From NCBI GenBank assembly GCA_050250375.1, contig JBFWOS010000002.1, positions 282,980 to 346,979 of the forward strand: a DNA stretch of 64,000 bases, given 5' to 3'. Origin of the DNA: Candidatus Omnitrophota bacterium (GTDB taxonomy: Bacteria; Omnitrophota; Gorgyraeia; Zapsychrales; Zapsychraceae). The notes beneath the pieces are model-generated. The model ran no database searches and had not been told where the DNA came from. It saw only the letters and a list, made by a program, of their open reading frames with translations. The translations under genes were made by a program, and so were the position numbers. Of this stretch, positions 26,964 through 36,449 are shown one piece after another (the stretch's first letter is position 1; every line of letters begins with the position of its first letter).

Positions 26964-27081
26964 GGTCCTCCAAATTTGTTTACAAATTTGGAGAGATCTC
27001 ACAAAATTCATAGAATTTTGTGGACGAGACCTCGCCCTCCAAAATTGTGAAACAATTTTGGAGAGACGGGTCCGCCATTTT
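26964..27081. repeat. Three more hairpin units downstream of tRNA-Ser plus an 11-bp copy of the tRNA 3' end
   Basis: Hairpins at 26964-26998 (+), 26995-27025 (-) and 27034-27067 (+); TCCGCCATTTT at 27071-27081 equals 26940-26950. Confidence 0.85.
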
Positions 27082-27216
27082 ACTTCCTCAAAGCCCGCGT
27101 TGAATGCCTGATCCCGGATCTCAAATCCACGTACGATCCAATGTGAATTATCTATTTACATAATCCCCATCGCCGATTAATATAGAAAAGAATTTAATCG
27201 CCTCAACAAATCCACT

Positions 27217-28362
27217 ATGAAAAAAAACTGGATCAAATTTAATCGCAATGAATTTTCGGGAAGTATTGGTGATTTAGGAACCGATTTTCCTTTGATCACG
27301 GGGATGGTCCTCGCCGCTAATCTGGATGTCGTCAGCGTTTTTGTGATGTTCGGACTGATGCAGGTCCTGACCGGACTGATTTACGGTTTACCGATGCCGC
27401 TGCAGCCGTTAAAGGCCATGGCCGTTTTGGTTATTACCCAGAATATCCAGGCGCCGGTTTTATATGGAGCGGGTCTAGCCATTGGAGTTGTCATGCTCAT
27501 TTTAAGTATGTCGGGCCTTCTTGACTGGCTGGCGAAAATGATCCCGGCCTGTGTGGTTCGGGGAATTCAGTTCGGTCTGGGGTTGTCGCTGGCTTCGCTG
27601 GCGCTTAAGAAATACGTGCCGAGTATGGGCGGGGAAGGATATGTCCTGGCCGGCATTTGTTTTGTGATCATGGTCATTTTGTTGGGAAACCGGCGTTTTC
27701 CGCCCGGAGTTTTTGTGATCGGATTAGGTCTGCTGTACGCGGTTTTTTTTAAGGTGGATTTTCATGCGCTCGCCCAATCCGTGGGATTCAGCCGTCCGCA
27801 TTTTGTTGTTCCAACAGCGGGGGATATACTGACCGGATTTTTTATTTTAAGTCTTCCTCAATTACCTTTGTCCATTTCAAATTCTGTCATTGCGACCAAT
27901 AAAACAGTCCAGGATCTTTTTCCGGAACGAAAATTGTCGGTCAAGAAAATCGGGTTAACATATTCCGTCATCAACCTGATCCTGCCTTTTTTCAGAGGGA
28001 TTCCTGTCTGCCACGGCTGCGGGGGGTTAGCCGGCCATTATGCCTTGGGGGCGCGCACGGGAGGGTCGGTCATTATTTACGGATCCGTTTTTATCCTGAT
28101 CGGACTTTTGTTCAGCCAGGCGTTTCATCAAATCATTGATTTTTTTCCTCAGCCGGTGCTGGGGGTGGTGCTGATGTTTGAGGCCTTGACCCTGTTGCTT
28201 TTTATCCGGGATCAGACACAAAGCAAACGGGATACCGCGATCGCCCTGCTGGTGGCCCTGATCGCGATGACCCTGCCCCAGGGTTATATTGTCGGGCTGA
28301 TTGTCGGGACAATTTTATATTACGCTCACAAGAATTTTTATCGGGATGCCCCTTCCGTCTAA
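27217..28362 (+). CDS. MOT1-family molybdate/sulfate transporter
   Basis: EFSGSIGDLGT, PMPLQPLKA, PQLPLS..NS, PVCHG.GGLAGHY..GARTG. Confidence 0.88.
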   Translation: MKKNWIKFNRNEFSGSIGDLGTDFPLITGMVLAANLDVVSVFVMFGLMQVLTGLIYGLPMPLQPLKAMAVLVITQNIQAPVLYGAGLAIGVVMLILSMSGLLDWLAKMIPACVVRGIQFGLGLSLASLALKKYVPSMGGEGYVLAGICFVIMVILLGNRRFPPGVFVIGLGLLYAVFFKVDFHALAQSVGFSRPHFVVPTAGDILTGFFILSLPQLPLSISNSVIATNKTVQDLFPERKLSVKKIGLTYSVINLILPFFRGIPVCHGCGGLAGHYALGARTGGSVIIYGSVFILIGLLFSQAFHQIIDFFPQPVLGVVLMFEALTLLLFIRDQTQSKRDTAIALLVALIAMTLPQGYIVGLIVGTILYYAHKNFYRDAPSV

Positions 28363-28400
28363 CTCAACAAAACCCAAACGGAAAAGAAGATAGACCAAGG

Positions 28401-29438
28401 CTATTTATTTTTTTTCAGCCGCTCCAGCCGCCAAATAATTCGCAGAACATACCCTCCCGGTTTTGTAAAAATAAAACGTTGCCAGACCATGTGGAAAAAA
28501 GATATGATCCGTTCCGGCCAGTAAGCCGAAACAGAGGCGGGAGGATTGGGTGAAGCGATAAATTTCTTAAGGGTGTCGGAAAACTTCTTGAAAAATATTT
28601 GATGGATATCCAGCCGGTTCGGGTCGGTGAGATTACTCATGGAAATGATCATCGGGTTGGTGTTGATCTCCCAGGTCTGGACACGTCCTTCGAGGATTCC
28701 AAAATCGATCCGTCCATACTGGATGCCGGCGGTTTTAAAGATGGTCAGCAGCTGATCCTGGTACGGATTGTTTTCCAGAAAATTTATTTCTTCAGAATGG
28801 AACGACGGCGTGAGATCTTTCTTTGAATATTTCAGGACCCAGTCATTCCCGAACAGGATATGACGGGGGATGATGACGCCGTCCATGATGAACGATGAAT
28901 ATTTGCGGAAGATCCCGTCGGAATCGGCCACGTCGCAATATTCCGTCACGAGCCATTCATCCATGTTTTCCCGTTCCGATTGGAGTCGGGCCACGGCCGC
29001 GCGCAGGTCCTGCGGCGAGCGGAGCAGTCCGGTCTGCGGCCCGCGGTGATCGTCGGCCCGACGCAGAAACACCGGAAAGCGGGCGCGGGAGAGGTCTTCA
29101 TCCATCCTGTAAACATTAAACGAATTTAATCCTTGATCATGCAGTTTCCGCAGCAGCGGGTAGCGGCTTAATGTCGTGTTGGGGTTGTTCAGGATTTTGT
29201 ATTGATCGGGCAAGCCGCCCAGTTTCCGGTAGATATCGAGCACGGAATCACGAAACGGAAGCCCCTTGAGCAGTTCAAGGTCACTGAAAATATAAAGCCC
29301 TTTGGGAAATGTCTTTTTCCGGACCAGGGACTGATAAGGGACCGGAAGTATGTTCCAGAAATGGACCCTTCCCCAAAGCGCGAGGTAATGGTTGATCGGA
29401 TTACGGTTCTTTCGGGTGAATAGATAATAGATCTGCAT
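28401..29438 (-). CDS. Hypothetical protein with ATP-grasp-like C-terminal motifs
   Basis: FPVFLR, VTEY.D, YGRIDF, WEINTNP. Confidence 0.6.
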   Translation of the reverse strand: MQIYYLFTRKNRNPINHYLALWGRVHFWNILPVPYQSLVRKKTFPKGLYIFSDLELLKGLPFRDSVLDIYRKLGGLPDQYKILNNPNTTLSRYPLLRKLHDQGLNSFNVYRMDEDLSRARFPVFLRRADDHRGPQTGLLRSPQDLRAAVARLQSERENMDEWLVTEYCDVADSDGIFRKYSSFIMDGVIIPRHILFGNDWVLKYSKKDLTPSFHSEEINFLENNPYQDQLLTIFKTAGIQYGRIDFGILEGRVQTWEINTNPMIISMSNLTDPNRLDIHQIFFKKFSDTLKKFIASPNPPASVSAYWPERIISFFHMVWQRFIFTKPGGYVLRIIWRLERLKKNK

Positions 29439-29440
29439 GG

Positions 29441-29893
29441 TTAGACCGTTTTGGGCCCGAACGTCTGGTTCGGTGTCCCCGGATAAAGGGAATAGTGGGT
29501 GTGTTTGGCCAGCCAGGCGCTTTGCGCCTCATCCCTGATCAGCAGGATCGTGACGCGTCCCAGGCGGGGGAAGGATGTTCCGTCCCGGTGGTATCCGGTT
29601 GACGTCCAGGGGGCCAGGACACAGGCAAATTTCTTGTCAGGGCTGAATTCACAGTGGAACTGGTCGGTCAGAAAATTAAAATCGGTAATGTTGGGCCAGA
29701 TCATTTTCCACTGCCGCTCAATCAGGTCATCCAGGCCTTCCAGGATTTCCGCCCGGCTGCCGAAGCAGTAAATATCTTCATAAAACATGGTCCGGCCCGC
29801 CGCGAAGTCTTTATTACGGACATGCAGGGCGAATTTCGTCAGCCATTTCCTGATTTCATCTATATATGTGTCCATCGTGAGCAAGGCGACCAT
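29441..29893 (-). CDS. NTF2-like / SnoaL-like family protein
   Basis: Size and pattern FG...G...Q W, GR.T....R....W...H.H.S. Confidence 0.7.
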   Translation of the reverse strand: MVALLTMDTYIDEIRKWLTKFALHVRNKDFAAGRTMFYEDIYCFGSRAEILEGLDDLIERQWKMIWPNITDFNFLTDQFHCEFSPDKKFACVLAPWTSTGYHRDGTSFPRLGRVTILLIRDEAQSAWLAKHTHYSLYPGTPNQTFGPKTV

Positions 29894-29965
29894 TTTTTAA
29901 TTGCCATGGCTGAAAAGGTTAGGTAAGATAAGTTCAATCATTGATCACCGATTTCCTTATTATTC

Positions 29966-32089
29966 ATGAAATGGACTAAACCGCAAACAATTTTTTTAAT
30001 ATCAGCCCTGTTGATCATCAGTCTGGGCATTTTGATCTATTCCAATTCCCTCCACAACGGTTTTCATTTTGACGATATGTTTTTCATCGTGGACAAACCC
30101 AATATCCGGGACGTCCATAATATCCCGGCCATTTGGCACGCGCATTCGCATCCGGCGCGGTTTGTCGCTTTTTTTACCTTTGCCCTGAATTATCACTGGC
30201 ACCAGTACCGGGTCTTCGGGTACCATGTGTTTAATTTGAGCATCCATCTGATCAATGCCCTTTTGGTCTGGTGGATGGTCCATTTATTATTCTTGACCGG
30301 ACGGATGAAAGAGGACCCTCTCAATAAATTGAAAGGCTGGATCGCCTTGTTCGCGGCCTTGATCTTTGTGGCGCACCCGCTGCAGACCCAGGCGGTGACA
30401 TATCTTTCACAAAGGTTTGCCTCATTGTCCACGCTGTTTTATCTGGCCGGGGTGTGTTTTTATTTGAAGGCCAGGCTGGCCCGGACCAGGATCAGTGTTT
30501 TCTATTTTCTTGCGGCGGCGTTGTCGGCCGTTCTGGGGATGTACACCAAACAGATTGTTTTTACATTGCCGGTCATCCTGATCCTGATCGAATTGGTTTT
30601 TGTCCGCCCCCGGAAGATTCACTGGCCGGTCATCCTTGGCGTCGCCGGGTTCCTGCTGGTCGTCCCCGGGATTTTTTCATATAACCTGACGATCCTGAAT
30701 ATTCACCATATGTCCGAATCGCATGAGGGGGACAAACTCACGCCGCTGGTCTATTTTTTGACCCAGATGCCGGTATTGATCACGTATCTTCGGCTGCTCC
30801 TGGTGCCCATCGGGCAAAACCTGGATTATGATTTTCCGGCGTACACCAGCTTTTTGGTGCCGCAGGTCTTTGTCCCTTTTATTTTGCTGGCCGTTCTGTT
30901 TGGTTGGTCGATCGTTCTGCTGAAACGAAACAGGCTGATGGCGTTCGGCATCCTGTGGTTTTTTGTGACGATCAGCGTGGAGTCGTCATTCATCACGATT
31001 AAAAATGTGATCTTTGAGCACCGGATGTACCTGCCGATGGCCGGTGTTTCCGTATTTCTTTCCGTCATGCTTTTCAGGGCGGTTCGGAATGCCAGAACCG
31101 CCATTGTCTTGTTGTGCGTGATCGTCTCGGTATTGGGCCTGTTGACCTACCAGCGTAATTTTATCTGGAAGGACGGGATCACGCTGTGGACCGATGTGCT
31201 CAAGAAGTCTCCGCACAAGTCGCGGCCGCATATCAGCCTGGCGATCGCGTATATCCAGGACGAACGCTTTGATGAGGCACTGGACCATCTAAACATCGCC
31301 ATCGCCTTGGCCCCGGAAGACTTTAAGGCTTATAATAACCGCGGACTGATTTTGACCAAAAAAGGATATTATAGGGAAGCGATTGAAGAATACAACCGGG
31401 CGATTGCCTTGAATCCGGACAATCCGGTCAGTTACAACAACCGCGGTGACGCTTACCGGGAAATCGGCCTCAATCAGCGGGCGTATGAGGATTATGGCCG
31501 GGCCATCCGTCTGAACCCTTATTACGCCCAGGCGTATATCAACCGCGGCGTGTTTTACGGAAAGAATGAACAATATGACCTGGCCCTGGCTGATTTCGTT
31601 ACGGCCATCAAGATCAACCCGACCCTGCCGGAATCGTACAACAACCGCGGGATCGTTTATCAGCAGAAGAAAATGTATGACCTGGCTGAATCGGATTTTA
31701 ACCAGGCGCTTAAGATCAAACCGGGTTATGCTGATGCGTTATATAACCGGGGCAATGTTTACAAGGACCTCGGCCAATTTGTTGAAGCGCTGAATGACTA
31801 TAATAATGCGTTAAAAATTAGAATTAATTATCCGCAGGTGTATAATAACCGAGGTATTATTTACGGCAATAACGGAAAAAACAACCAGGCGCTGGAAGAT
31901 TTCAACAAGGCGATCGAGTATGACCCGAATTATTCCGCCGCCTATTTTAACCGCTCCATCGTGCATTTGAAGCGGGGGGCTTATCAGGACGCCCTGGCCG
32001 ACACATTAAAGGCCAGGGAACTGGGAAAATCCGTGGATGAATTGTATGTCCGGCGGATCAAATCACTTATTAAACCACAAACAGAGTAG
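29966..32089 (+). CDS. TMTC-like GT-C glycosyltransferase with C-terminal TPR array
   Basis: FHFDD, HPLQTQAV.Y..QR, EHRMYLP, RN..W.D..LW, about nine YNNRG-type TPR repeats. Confidence 0.85.
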   Translation: MKWTKPQTIFLISALLIISLGILIYSNSLHNGFHFDDMFFIVDKPNIRDVHNIPAIWHAHSHPARFVAFFTFALNYHWHQYRVFGYHVFNLSIHLINALLVWWMVHLLFLTGRMKEDPLNKLKGWIALFAALIFVAHPLQTQAVTYLSQRFASLSTLFYLAGVCFYLKARLARTRISVFYFLAAALSAVLGMYTKQIVFTLPVILILIELVFVRPRKIHWPVILGVAGFLLVVPGIFSYNLTILNIHHMSESHEGDKLTPLVYFLTQMPVLITYLRLLLVPIGQNLDYDFPAYTSFLVPQVFVPFILLAVLFGWSIVLLKRNRLMAFGILWFFVTISVESSFITIKNVIFEHRMYLPMAGVSVFLSVMLFRAVRNARTAIVLLCVIVSVLGLLTYQRNFIWKDGITLWTDVLKKSPHKSRPHISLAIAYIQDERFDEALDHLNIAIALAPEDFKAYNNRGLILTKKGYYREAIEEYNRAIALNPDNPVSYNNRGDAYREIGLNQRAYEDYGRAIRLNPYYAQAYINRGVFYGKNEQYDLALADFVTAIKINPTLPESYNNRGIVYQQKKMYDLAESDFNQALKIKPGYADALYNRGNVYKDLGQFVEALNDYNNALKIRINYPQVYNNRGIIYGNNGKNNQALEDFNKAIEYDPNYSAAYFNRSIVHLKRGAYQDALADTLKARELGKSVDELYVRRIKSLIKPQTE

Positions 32090-32097
32090 ACCACACC

Positions 32098-34299
32098 ATG
32101 CATGAAAATCATCTGAAGAAAATCTCCCAGGAATTAAAAATTGCACACGACAAAGTCGAAGCGACGGCCCGGCTTTTAGACGACGGAGCTACTGTCCCGT
32201 TTCTGTCCCGTTACCGCAAGGAGGTCACCGGAAACCTTGATGAAGTCGCGATCACCGGTATCCGTGACCGTTTGGCTCAGTTAAGGGAAATGGACAAACG
32301 CCGGGCGACCATCCTGACTTCCATCCAGCAGCAGGGGAAATTAACGGATGAGTTGAAGAAAAAGATTGAACAGGCCGAGACCATCGCCGTGCTGGAAGAT
32401 ATTTATCTGCCGTATAAACCCAAACGCCGAACCAAGGCTACCGTGGCCAAGGAAAAAGGTCTTGAGCCTCTGGCCAAATTGATCTTTGATCAGCTCGGTA
32501 TGGATACCAAAGAACTCGAAGAGGAAGCGGCTAAATTTGTCACCAAAGGCAAAGTGATCGAGGTCAAAGCTGACCCGGCAGAGTCTAAAGATAAAAAAGA
32601 TGATGCCAAAGATAAGGTCGTCAATGATACGGAAGAGGCCCTGGCCGGCGCGCGTGATATTATCGCCGAGTGGATCAGTGAAGACGCCAAGGCCCGCGCG
32701 CAGCTGCGCGCGGTTTACCAGGAAGAAGCGAGGATTTCCTCCCGGCTGGTGCGCGGGAAAGAACAGGAAGGGGTCAAGTTCAGGGATTATTTTGACTGGG
32801 AAGAGCGGGCCAGCACCACCCCGTCCCACCGCATGCTCGCGGTCCGGCGGGGAGAAAAGGAAAAATTCCTGATGGTCCGGATGACGGTTTCGGCGGACAA
32901 GGCGGTGGCACTGCTGGATTCGCTGTTTGTTAAAGGCAACGGCGCGGATTCCCGCCAGGTCAAGATGGCGACGGCCGACAGTTTTAAAAGGCTGCTGGAC
33001 CCGTCGCTGGAAACAGAACTTCGCCTGGAATTGAAGAAGAAGGCGGATGAAGCGGCGATCCAGATTTTTGCCAGCAACCTGAGGGAACTCTTGATGGCAG
33101 CCCCGCTCGGGGACAAAAATGTCATGGCCGTCGATCCCGGCCAGCGCACGGGCTGTAAAGTTGTGTGCCTGGACAAACAGGGAAAACTGCTGATCAACGA
33201 CACGATTTATCTGGTCGGCACGGAAAAACAGAAAGAACAGGCCGCCGGGACGATCGTTAATCTCTGCAAAAAATATAATACGGAAATCATCGCGGTGGGA
33301 AACGGGACCGCCTCGCGTGAGACCGAACAGTTCTTAAAAAGCCTTGAGCTCCCGAACAAAATCCCGGTGGTGATGGTCTCGGAAAGCGGCGCGTCGATTT
33401 ATTCGGCTTCGGATGTTGCCCGGGAAGAATTTCCGGATTATGACGTAACCGTGCGTGGCGCGGTGTCGATCGGACGCCGGCTGATGGACCCGCTGGCGGA
33501 ACTGGTCAAGATCGACCCGAAGAACATCGGGGTCGGACAGTACCAGCATGATGTCGATCAAAACCTGCTCAAGAAATGCCTGGATGACGTGGTGATCAGC
33601 TCGGTCAACCAGGTCGGGGTTGAGGTGAATACGGCGAGCAAACAATTATTGATGTATGTGTCCGGGCTCGGGCCGGCCAGGGCCCAGACGATCATCGACC
33701 ACCGCAACGCCAACGGTCCGTTCCAGTCGCGGGAAGAATTCAGGTCGATCACCGGACTGGGCGCCAAGGCATTTGAACAGGCTGCCGGTTTCCTGCGGAT
33801 CCGCAACGCTCCCAACCCGCTGGATTCAAGCGGAGTCCATCCGGAGACATATCCGATTGTTGACCGCATGGCCAGGGATCTGGGCTGTCAGCTGAAAGAT
33901 TTGATGACCAACGACGGGCTGCGCAACAAAATTGACCTGAATAAATACGCGACGGAAACGGTCGGCCTGCCGACCTTACGGGATATCAAGGAAGAACTCG
34001 CCAAGCCCGGCCGGGATCCGCGTGAACCGTTCCAGTTGTTTTCTTTTAAGGAAGGGGTTGAGACGATCAATGATTTAAGGGAAGGGATGAAACTTTCCGG
34101 GGTTGTCACCAACATCACGGCCTTCGGCGCGTTTGTGGATATCGGCGTTCACCATGACGGATTGATCCACATCAGCGAATTGTCCGACCGGTTTGTCCGC
34201 GATCCGCATGAAGTCGTCAAGGTCCATCAGAAGATCAACGTGACGGTCCTGCAAATCGACATGGAACGCATGCGCATCGCTTTATCGGCGAAGAAGTAG
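32098..34299 (+). CDS. tex: Tex family RNA-binding transcriptional accessory protein
   Basis: GATVPF.SRYRKE.TG.LDE, DPG.RTGCK, GNGTASRET, IGVGQYQHD, C-terminal S1 domain. Confidence 0.95.
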   Translation: MHENHLKKISQELKIAHDKVEATARLLDDGATVPFLSRYRKEVTGNLDEVAITGIRDRLAQLREMDKRRATILTSIQQQGKLTDELKKKIEQAETIAVLEDIYLPYKPKRRTKATVAKEKGLEPLAKLIFDQLGMDTKELEEEAAKFVTKGKVIEVKADPAESKDKKDDAKDKVVNDTEEALAGARDIIAEWISEDAKARAQLRAVYQEEARISSRLVRGKEQEGVKFRDYFDWEERASTTPSHRMLAVRRGEKEKFLMVRMTVSADKAVALLDSLFVKGNGADSRQVKMATADSFKRLLDPSLETELRLELKKKADEAAIQIFASNLRELLMAAPLGDKNVMAVDPGQRTGCKVVCLDKQGKLLINDTIYLVGTEKQKEQAAGTIVNLCKKYNTEIIAVGNGTASRETEQFLKSLELPNKIPVVMVSESGASIYSASDVAREEFPDYDVTVRGAVSIGRRLMDPLAELVKIDPKNIGVGQYQHDVDQNLLKKCLDDVVISSVNQVGVEVNTASKQLLMYVSGLGPARAQTIIDHRNANGPFQSREEFRSITGLGAKAFEQAAGFLRIRNAPNPLDSSGVHPETYPIVDRMARDLGCQLKDLMTNDGLRNKIDLNKYATETVGLPTLRDIKEELAKPGRDPREPFQLFSFKEGVETINDLREGMKLSGVVTNITAFGAFVDIGVHHDGLIHISELSDRFVRDPHEVVKVHQKINVTVLQIDMERMRIALSAKK

Positions 34300-34656
34300 T
34301 CGGATTTTGTCGAGCAGCTGTTCAATCTCAAAAGGTTTGATGAGGTAATCGTCCGGTTTCAGAAGACGGGGGTTGCCGCCGGTCGGGGTTTTCATCAGGG
34401 CCTGGGCGGTGCACATCAGGACCGGGATTTTTTGGGTGGATTCGGCGGATTTCCATCGGTGCACGATCACATCACCGTTTTCCCCCGGGAGCCGGTAATC
34501 AATGATGATCAGATCAGGTTTCTGGCGGGCGACCGCTTCGAGCGCCGCTTCTCCGGATACGACGCTTAAGACATTGAAACCCCGTTTGGCCAGGACATCC
34601 GCTGTCAGTCTGACCACCTCGGCTTCATCATCTACGATCAGGATTGTTTTTTTCAT
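34282..34656 (-). CDS. Single-domain response regulator (receiver)
   Basis: ILIVDDE, PDLIIID, TA, YLIKPF. Confidence 0.88.
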   Translation of the reverse strand: MKKTILIVDDEAEVVRLTADVLAKRGFNVLSVVSGEAALEAVARQKPDLIIIDYRLPGENGDVIVHRWKSAESTQKIPVLMCTAQALMKTPTGGNPRLLKPDDYLIKPFEIEQLLDKIRLLLRR

Positions 34657-34732
34657 GGAATGAACTCCGGATTATTTTACTGCGTCCTGGCGTTAAACCC
34701 AATAAGAAAATCCAATGGTTTGAAAAGGAAAA

Positions 34733-36373
34733 GTGTTGTTCCCGTTTAATATCATAAAGAGAAGCTATGAGCATAAAGTCGACGCAACCGGTTTAGCCGT
34801 GTTTCGGATCGTTTACGGAGTGACCCTGTTTCTCCAGATTTTATATTTGAGTTATTTTCAGAAACTGATATTTGTATATCATACATCTTCCCATCGGATC
34901 GTGCTCATCCTTTGGCTCTTTGTTTCATTTTTACTGATCATCGGATGGAAGACAAGAATGGCGGCTATAATTAACTATCTTTACTCCATCCTGGTCCTCA
35001 ATAGTTTATACGGTGATAACCGGTATGTTTACGATTACGATAAGATTATGATCGCGGCTAATTTTCTTCTGATGTTTCTGCCTGTTTCCCGGGTGCTGTC
35101 TGTTGATCATTGGATCAAAGGACGAAGGCCTGACAGCCGGGAGGATACGGATACCAGCATTTCAATTTTATTTTATTACATCCCCATGTTTTTATGTTTG
35201 GGTATTCCATACATTGACTCGGTTTATCACAAATTATTATCCATGAATTGGTTGACCGGAGTCGGGATCTGGATCCCCATGTCCATGCCGCAGATGACAT
35301 GGCCGCCTTTCTGGGACTTCTCTCTGGTCTTGAATAACCGGCTTATTTCCGACATCATGAATTATCTGACGATGCTGTTTGAATTGACATTTATTTTTAC
35401 GTTTTGGTTCAGGCGGATGCGGCTGATTTTATTTGTGATCGGTATAGGTTTTCACATCGGCATCCTGCTTATATTTCCGATCCCGGTCTTTGCGCTGGGT
35501 TGTGCTTCATTCTATATTCTTCTTCTGCCTCAGGAATGGTGGAGAAAGCTGGTTCCGGGACATAAAATCACGAATTCTACTGGATCGGGCGAAGCCAAAA
35601 ACAAAAACACGAAAGTTTCCTTACCCAAGGATTCCCGAAAAATATATCTGATCGCATCATTTTTTATTCTAAGCACCTGCATGCAATTGGGATATTTCTT
35701 TGATTATGTATTTGATTATAATTATGGCGGAAAACCGGTTTTGATCAACTATAAACATGATTTTACGAAGAAACAATGGAAGATGATCGACGGCCTGATC
35801 ACGATAAATAAATATTTGCTGCCTGTTTACAAGTCTTTTTTCGGGATCGGTCCCCATGATGTCATGCTGGATAATCAATGTGAAGACTACGACCTGATCT
35901 GGGCCGTTGTATATACGGACCGGGAGGGCAGGGAGCAATGGTTGCCGATTATTAACAAGGACGGACACCCGGGCTTTTACGCGATGGATCGGGGCTGGTC
36001 CAAATGGACCCATTATGTGCGACGATGCCATATGCTGAGCAGTAATAGGGGGGTTATCGCGTATAAAAACCGCAGAAAGAACTACTCCGTAAAAAGTTTA
36101 AAGCTGGAATCTTCTTCCCGGGATGTTAAACCCGTTTTAGTCAGGTTTATCGAGTTTTGGTGTTCTAAGAACGACGTCCAATGTGAAACCGGCCAGTTTA
36201 CACTTAAAGAGCGGGGTGTGATCGCCAGTCGTTCCTGGCAACATAATATTCTTAAGAAGCAAAAGAATTTTTCCTGGGCCGATATCGGAGACATTCACGT
36301 TACGGCGGATAACATTGTGGTGGACATTTATAAGGAACACTTTGGCGAACACCTGGAATTTCAAAGAGATTAA
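34733..36373 (+). CDS. HTTM-domain membrane protein
   Basis: LAVFRI.YG, LSVD, Y..S..HKL....W..G, FH.GI; soluble C-terminal domain. Confidence 0.75.
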   Translation: MLFPFNIIKRSYEHKVDATGLAVFRIVYGVTLFLQILYLSYFQKLIFVYHTSSHRIVLILWLFVSFLLIIGWKTRMAAIINYLYSILVLNSLYGDNRYVYDYDKIMIAANFLLMFLPVSRVLSVDHWIKGRRPDSREDTDTSISILFYYIPMFLCLGIPYIDSVYHKLLSMNWLTGVGIWIPMSMPQMTWPPFWDFSLVLNNRLISDIMNYLTMLFELTFIFTFWFRRMRLILFVIGIGFHIGILLIFPIPVFALGCASFYILLLPQEWWRKLVPGHKITNSTGSGEAKNKNTKVSLPKDSRKIYLIASFFILSTCMQLGYFFDYVFDYNYGGKPVLINYKHDFTKKQWKMIDGLITINKYLLPVYKSFFGIGPHDVMLDNQCEDYDLIWAVVYTDREGREQWLPIINKDGHPGFYAMDRGWSKWTHYVRRCHMLSSNRGVIAYKNRRKNYSVKSLKLESSSRDVKPVLVRFIEFWCSKNDVQCETGQFTLKERGVIASRSWQHNILKKQKNFSWADIGDIHVTADNIVVDIYKEHFGEHLEFQRD

Positions 36374-36449
36374 TCAGTGGCCATCAGCCCGGGTGGTCCC
36401 CTATCCTTTGTTTCCGGTTTTAAGGGCGGATACCGGCAGGTCTTAACGA

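Noticed and set aside
26735-27013. ORFs 26735-27013 (+) and 26765-26947 (-)
   Set aside because: They overlap the tRNA-Ser gene and hairpins and are translation artefacts.
26637-27081. CRISPR array
   Set aside because: No identical direct repeats with regular unique spacers, the variable parts are themselves palindromic, and there are no cas genes in the window.
26637-27081. Integron attC cassette array
   Set aside because: No RYYYAAC/GTTRRRY core sites, no cassette ORFs between hairpins and no tyrosine integrase nearby.
26940-27081. Prophage or genomic island integrated at tRNA-Ser
   Set aside because: The 11-bp duplicate lies only about 130 bp away, and there is no integrase or phage gene.
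31290-31980. Recurring AAYAACCGNGG nucleotide repeats
   Set aside because: Explained by the TPR repeats (YNNRG) of the encoded protein.
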